Positions 59,669 through 64,000 of a stretch of DNA of 64,000 nucleotides are shown piece by piece. The first letter of the stretch is position 1. Each line of letters opens with the position of its first letter. Source of the stretch: Roseovarius sp. (lineage in GTDB: Bacteria > Pseudomonadota > Alphaproteobacteria > Rhodobacterales > Rhodobacteraceae); contig JAVJTX010000012.1 in assembly GCA_040220035.1 (NCBI GenBank), positions 2,078 through 66,077 on the forward strand, in the 5' to 3' direction. The notes beneath the pieces are model-generated. The model saw only the letters and a list, made by a program, of their open reading frames with translations, made no database searches and had not been told where the DNA came from. The translations under genes and the position numbers were made by a program.

Positions 59669-60256
59669 TTACAGCGCGCCCTTGGTCGAGGGGATCGCGT
59701 CGGCTTTGCGCGGGTCAGTCTCGACCGCGTCGCGCAGGGCGCGGGCGACAGCCTTGAAGGCAGCCTCGGCGATGTGGTGGCTGTTGAAGCCGTGGAGCGC
59801 GTCGACATGGAGGGTGATGCCGCCATGGGTGCTGAGCGCCTGAAAGAATTCGCGGACGAGTTCGGTGTCGAACGTGCCGATCTTGGGCGTGGGCAGATCG
59901 ACGTTCCAGACGAGGAAGGGCCGGCCCGACAGGTCGAGCGCGGCGCGCACGAGGGCGTCATCCATCGGCAGGAGGCAGGCGCCGTAACGAGTGATGCCTT
60001 TCTTGTCGCCCACCGCCTCGCGCAGGGCCTGACCGAGGGCGATGCCCACGTCCTCGACGGTGTGGTGGTCGTCGATATGCAGGTCGCCCTTGCAGCGGAC
60101 GCGCATGTCGATCAGCGAATGGCGGGCCAGCTGGTCGAGCATGTGGTCGAAGAAGCCCACGCCGGTTTCGTTGTCATACTGGCCGGTGCCGTCGAGATCG
60201 ATGGTGACGTCGATCTCGGTTTCCGCCGTTTTCCGGGTGATCTGGCTTTTGCGCAT
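59669..60256 (-). CDS. hisB: Imidazoleglycerol-phosphate dehydratase
   Basis: [36 protein letters not shown]. Confidence 0.97.
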   Translation of the reverse strand: MRKSQITRKTAETEIDVTIDLDGTGQYDNETGVGFFDHMLDQLARHSLIDMRVRCKGDLHIDDHHTVEDVGIALGQALREAVGDKKGITRYGACLLPMDDALVRAALDLSGRPFLVWNVDLPTPKIGTFDTELVREFFQALSTHGGITLHVDALHGFNSHHIAEAAFKAVARALRDAVETDPRKADAIPSTKGAL

Positions 60257-60335
60257 CGGTGGAATCCGTCAGTGGTTTCGCGCCCTTATAGGGGGGCGCG
60301 GAGCGCAGGCCAAGGGCGAGTTCGGGCGGTGGATG

Positions 60336-61343
60336 TCAGGCGGCTTCGGGCTGGACGCGCATTTCCTGCAGGATTTCGGCGGCGATTTCGAAGGAGCGGA
60401 GGCGGGCGGTGTGATCGTGGATCATGCCGGTGATCATCAGTTCGTCGGGCTGGAACGTGTCGATCAGCGTGCCCAGCTGTGTGCGCACGCGGTCGGGGGA
60501 ACCGGTGGCGGAGCAGGCGAGCGCCTCGCGCACCTGCGAAAGGACGGGGGCAGGGATTTCCTGTGTCACGTCCTCGACCGGGTGGGGCAGCTTGCCGGGT
60601 TTGCCGGTTCTGAGCCGGGCGAAGGCGAGGAGTTGGGAGGAGCGGTGGAAGGTCGCTTCCTCGTCGGTTTCGGCGGCGCAGACGCCGGCGGCCATCATGA
60701 CGTGGGGTTTGTCGAGAAACGCCGAGGGCCGGAAGGTCTGGCGGTAGGTTTCGATGGCCTGTTCCAGCATCGCGGGCGCGAAGTGGGAGGCGAAGGCGTA
60801 GGGCAGGCCGAGATAGGCCGCGAGCTGCGCGCCATAGAGGCTGGAGCCGAGGATCCAGACGGGGACATGGGTGCCGGTACCGGGGATGGCGCGCACGGTG
60901 GCGCCCTCGGGCATGTCGCCGAGATAGGCGATCAGTTCCTGCACGTCCTGCGGAAAGCTGTCTTCGGGGGCCATGTGGCGGCGAAGCGCGCGGGCGGTGG
61001 GCATGTCGGTGCCGGGCGCGCGGCCGAGGCCCAGATCGATGCGGTTCGGGTAGAGGGTGGCCAGCGTGCCGAATTGCTCGGCGATGACCAGTGGCGCGTG
61101 GTTGGGCAGCATGATGCCGCCCGCGCCGATGCGCATGGTGCTGGTGGCCCCCGCGACGTGGCCGATGACGACGGAGGTGGCGGCGCTGGCGATGCCGGGC
61201 ATGTTGTGATGCTCGGCCAGCCAGTAGCGGTGATAGCCCAATCGTTCGGCGTGCCGGGCGAGGTCGACCGTGCTTGCCAGCGCGTCGGCGGCGGTTTTCC
61301 CTTCGGGGACGGGGGAGAGATCAAGAAGTGAGAAATTTTGCAT
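60336..61343 (-). CDS. LLM class flavin-dependent oxidoreductase (luciferase-like)
   Basis: [44 protein letters not shown]. Confidence 0.92.
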   Translation of the reverse strand: MQNFSLLDLSPVPEGKTAADALASTVDLARHAERLGYHRYWLAEHHNMPGIASAATSVVIGHVAGATSTMRIGAGGIMLPNHAPLVIAEQFGTLATLYPNRIDLGLGRAPGTDMPTARALRRHMAPEDSFPQDVQELIAYLGDMPEGATVRAIPGTGTHVPVWILGSSLYGAQLAAYLGLPYAFASHFAPAMLEQAIETYRQTFRPSAFLDKPHVMMAAGVCAAETDEEATFHRSSQLLAFARLRTGKPGKLPHPVEDVTQEIPAPVLSQVREALACSATGSPDRVRTQLGTLIDTFQPDELMITGMIHDHTARLRSFEIAAEILQEMRVQPEAA

Positions 61344-61474
61344 GGGGCTGCCTCCGTTCCCGGAAGAAGCTAATCATCGCCGGGGGAGAGGCCAAGGGTG
61401 GGGCGAGGAGAAATGCCGCGACCCCACGGCACGCGGGCCGGGGTGGGCCTAGTTTGGTTTGTGGGAAGAAGAAT

Positions 61475-61520
61475 TGGAGCGGGTGATGAGATTCGAACTC
61501 ACGACATTTACCTTGGCAAG
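61475..61520 (-). tRNA. 3' half of tRNA-Gly(GCC), i.e. the attachment-site fragment of an integrated element
   Basis: Reverse complement CTTGCCAAGGTAAATGTCGTGAGTTCGAATCTCATCACCCGCTCCA: GCC anticodon loop, T-arm GTTCGAATC, acceptor 3' strand and CCA. The 5' half (D-arm) is absent; unrelated AT-rich DNA follows. Confidence 0.88.
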
Positions 61521-61677
61521 AAAAGTCACTTGTAATCGTCGTTTTGAATCAAGTAGTTACAGTCAATTGCACGTGCAGGTTTCGTAAAAATCTGGTATAA
61601 AACGATAATATCCGTGCAAGTTGCACCATTTATCCCTATAGGTAACGCATCTTGAACTGCACCCATTAGGAATCATC

Positions 61678-62889
61678 TTGACACCCGAGAACTTCAGAAT
61701 CCGCCGCCGCAAGGATGGAATCTTTGAGGCCGTTTGGACCGATCCCGAGACCGGGAAGCCGGTGCGAAGAAGCACCAAGACCCGCGATCCGGAAGAGGCT
61801 AAATCGAAGGCCCAGCAAATCCAAGTCGATGCCTCTAGGCCGTCCATGTCCGCCGCCCCCACAATTGCGCAGTTGGTCGACGCCTATCTGGATCACCTGC
61901 GCCCCCTGAAATCGGCCAAGAACTTTCGCGGGGTGGAGTTGAGCTTGATACCGATCAAGGCCCGGCTGGGGAATCTCCGATGGGATCAGTTGGGCCAGAA
62001 TGAGGTTGATTGGTATGCACGGGAACGGGCCACTGACAAGCGACAAGGTCCAGCGGCGAAGCACACGGGCGGCACGATCAGCGCAAGCACCATCGACAAG
62101 GACCTGAGGATGTTGCGGGCGGCGCTGAACGACGCGCTGGCGCGCCGCTACATCCCAACCGAGGTCAAGTTTCGGATAAACGTGACGCCCCGTGCAGGGC
62201 GCGACACGTGGCTCACACGGGAAGAGGTCGAGCGCATGATTGCTGCCTGTCAATTTGAACAGCAGACAGAAGAGGTGAACGGGCGCACGGTAGTTACTGC
62301 GCGTGAACGTGACCGATCACATATAGAAGCATTCTTGCGCATCGCTCTGGCCACTGGCGCGCGGAAAGAGGCCATTCTGTCCCTCAAGTGGGATCAGGTT
62401 CATATCAACCACAGCGCAGGCAAGCCCGCCCTGAACTTGAAGACGGGCGAGGTGGCGCGGGGTTCATATATCGACTTCGGGGACGGGACGGGGAACAAGA
62501 AGCGGCCCAAGGTGCCGATCAGTAGGAATCCCGGACTCATGTCCCTGCTACTTTGGAGTCGTGACCGGGGCGGCGTGGAGTGGGCCGAGGGTGACGTGGG
62601 CGAGGGGAAAGAGGTGCATGAAGGCTCTGAATACGTCATCACCTACAAGGGCCGCCCCGTGCGCAATATCAACAAGGGACTGCAAACTATTGCAGACGAA
62701 GCCGGGGTGAAAAAGAGCGTCACCCACCACGTGCTGAAACATACGGCGATCACGTGGTTCTTGATGGGCGGGATGCAGATAGAGACCGTGGCGAAACTGG
62801 TGAACACGTCAGCCAAGACGTTGCTCAAGACCTACGCCCATCTAGTGCCCGAATATGAGGATGAGCTAGGCGATATTGCATCCATTTAG
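61678..62889 (+). CDS. Phage-type tyrosine integrase
   Basis: N-terminal arm-binding region (RRSTKTRD.EEA), ASTIDKDL..LRAALN, ATGARKEAIL.LKW, HHVLKHTAITW, KTYAH; TTG start. Confidence 0.9.
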   Translation: MTPENFRIRRRKDGIFEAVWTDPETGKPVRRSTKTRDPEEAKSKAQQIQVDASRPSMSAAPTIAQLVDAYLDHLRPLKSAKNFRGVELSLIPIKARLGNLRWDQLGQNEVDWYARERATDKRQGPAAKHTGGTISASTIDKDLRMLRAALNDALARRYIPTEVKFRINVTPRAGRDTWLTREEVERMIAACQFEQQTEEVNGRTVVTARERDRSHIEAFLRIALATGARKEAILSLKWDQVHINHSAGKPALNLKTGEVARGSYIDFGDGTGNKKRPKVPISRNPGLMSLLLWSRDRGGVEWAEGDVGEGKEVHEGSEYVITYKGRPVRNINKGLQTIADEAGVKKSVTHHVLKHTAITWFLMGGMQIETVAKLVNTSAKTLLKTYAHLVPEYEDELGDIASI

Positions 62890-62950
62890 GTTTCGATGCC
62901 CGCTCACGCGGGCCTTGCATCATGGGCGTAGCTGCGGCTTATTTGGCCCC

Positions 62951-63601
62951 ATGAGCACCCGCGATGACTTTAGCCGCCCCGTCATTCGACAGATCGCCCA
63001 ACGGGCCGGATACCGCTGTTCCAGTCCCACCTGTCTCCGACCGACCATAGGTCCGGATGGAGGTGGTGATACAGCAAGTATCGGCGTGGCAGCACACATC
63101 GCCGCCGCCTCTGAGGGCGGGCCTAGATATGATCCAGACATGTCGCCAGAAGAGCGCTCCGCAGCGGAGAATGGTATTTGGCTGTGCCAGACATGTAGTC
63201 GGTTGGTGGACGTTGACCTGCCGAGTCACCCGGCTCACCAATTGCGTGAGTGGAAGACACTTGCCGAGATGCGGGCATACCTTGGCCTGCGCGGCTTTTC
63301 GGTTGTGGTGTCGCGAAGCTTCGAGAGACTGGAAAAGATGGTTCCAGAACTGGTTGCCGAGATGCGTAACGACCTAAAGGATTATCCCTTTACGCGAGAG
63401 TTCATCGTTTCCCGCAAGAAGTGGACATACAACGGGCAAGAGCGCCCTTACTTCACCTATTTCCACGAAGACCATGAGGAACTGTTGGGGAAGCTCAACG
63501 TCATGGTCAACTACGGCGCTTTGACCGAAACGACGTTCAACGATGTTTTTCGGTATGAGATGACTGAAGATTTCGTGGACTACCTTCAGTTGCCTAGATG
63601 A
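62951..63601 (+). CDS. HNH-nuclease domain protein with uncharacterised C-terminal domain
   Basis: RAGYRCSSPTC...AAHIAAASEGGPRYD...ENGIWLCQTCSRLVD...LREWK; ATG at 62951. Confidence 0.82.
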   Translation: MSTRDDFSRPVIRQIAQRAGYRCSSPTCLRPTIGPDGGGDTASIGVAAHIAAASEGGPRYDPDMSPEERSAAENGIWLCQTCSRLVDVDLPSHPAHQLREWKTLAEMRAYLGLRGFSVVVSRSFERLEKMVPELVAEMRNDLKDYPFTREFIVSRKKWTYNGQERPYFTYFHEDHEELLGKLNVMVNYGALTETTFNDVFRYEMTEDFVDYLQLPR

Positions 63602-63683
63602 CGTCCCGGTTGGCCGCGCCGTAAGCCGGGGTTCATATTGGTTTTCTGCCTGATTCGAGGAATGGCGCCCTTAACCGCTCGGC

Positions 63684-63697
63684 CTTGACAAGTCAAG
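63684..63697 (+). promoter_or_regulatory. Putative -35 (TTGACA) overlapped by a palindromic operator
   Basis: CTTGAC-aa-GTCAAG, followed by an AT-rich stretch, upstream of the ORF at 63821. Confidence 0.45.
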
Positions 63698-63820
63698 AAA
63701 ATTATATTACACATGACATAGAACAGTGGCCCACTGAGCGCGCCGACCGGCGTTGCCGTTTGCTGCCACCCGCAAAATCCCATGAAATTCGAAGCGCCCT
63801 TAAAGGCGTGAGGAGTCGCT

Positions 63821-64000
63821 ATGAACCCCATTTCCGCAACGTTGCGGTCTGCCGATCTGTGCGCCCTTCTGGGCGTATCTGACCAGTCACTTTACCGCTG
63901 GATGGCGCATCCTTACCCGCCGTTCCACGATTTCCGCCGAGCGCCGCGTGGGAAGATGTTCGCCGTGCCTGATACGGTCGCCCGTCTGCGCCAGCGCCGC
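63821..64000 (+). CDS. AlpA/excisionase-like winged-helix protein (truncated at the window edge)
   Basis: AGGAG RBS; manual translation MNPISATLRSADLCALLGVSDQSLYRWMAHPYPPF..., matching the L...DL..LLGVS..TLYRW pattern. Confidence 0.7.
   Translation, partial: MNPISATLRSADLCALLGVSDQSLYRWMAHPYPPFHDFRRAPRGKMFAVPDTVARLRQRR

Larger units (their letters stand above)
61475..64000. mobile_element. Left end of a tRNA-Gly-integrated element (prophage, phage satellite or genomic island), continuing beyond the window
   Basis: tRNA 3' fragment, adjacent integrase, drop in GC content and loss of G-skew, AlpA/Xis-like gene. Confidence 0.85.

Noticed and set aside
61475-61560. Intact tRNA-Gly gene
   Set aside because: Sequence beyond the anticodon loop cannot form a D-arm or the 5' acceptor strand; it is only the 3' fragment.

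Overview
High-GC alphaproteobacterial chromosome segment; gene content and synteny suggest Rhodobacteraceae/Roseobacter group (inference). About 1-39 kb is mostly core genes: map, sfsA, xerC, fsa, priA, prmA, ruvCAB, ybgC-tolQRAB-pal-ybgF-tilS-ftsH, yggS, leuS-lptE-holA. About 39-61 kb mixes accessory and core genes: a TGA-interrupted Ala-rich gene, MFS, GFA, GST, LysR-puuD, arsC-pyrD-DUF952, 5'-nucleotidase, modABC, a degenerate EF-G paralogue, hisA/hisH/hisB and an LLM oxidoreductase. From 61475 the window enters an integrated element. It begins with the 3' half of a tRNA-Gly(GCC) (att site), then a tyrosine integrase with an atypical catalytic motif, an HNH-nuclease fusion protein (candidate anti-phage effector) and a truncated AlpA/Xis-like gene. 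This layout resembles a phage satellite (PICI-like). Non-coding observations: a dispersed REP-like family (hairpin + TATTT-N6-AGAWGAA, 4 copies), two 11-bp-phased GTCGGT arrays, a nested palindrome, strand-polarised GGGCAGGG (KOPS-like) motifs, and a strongly G-skewed domain independent of coding strand. All calls come from motif recognition by eye; no database searches were run.
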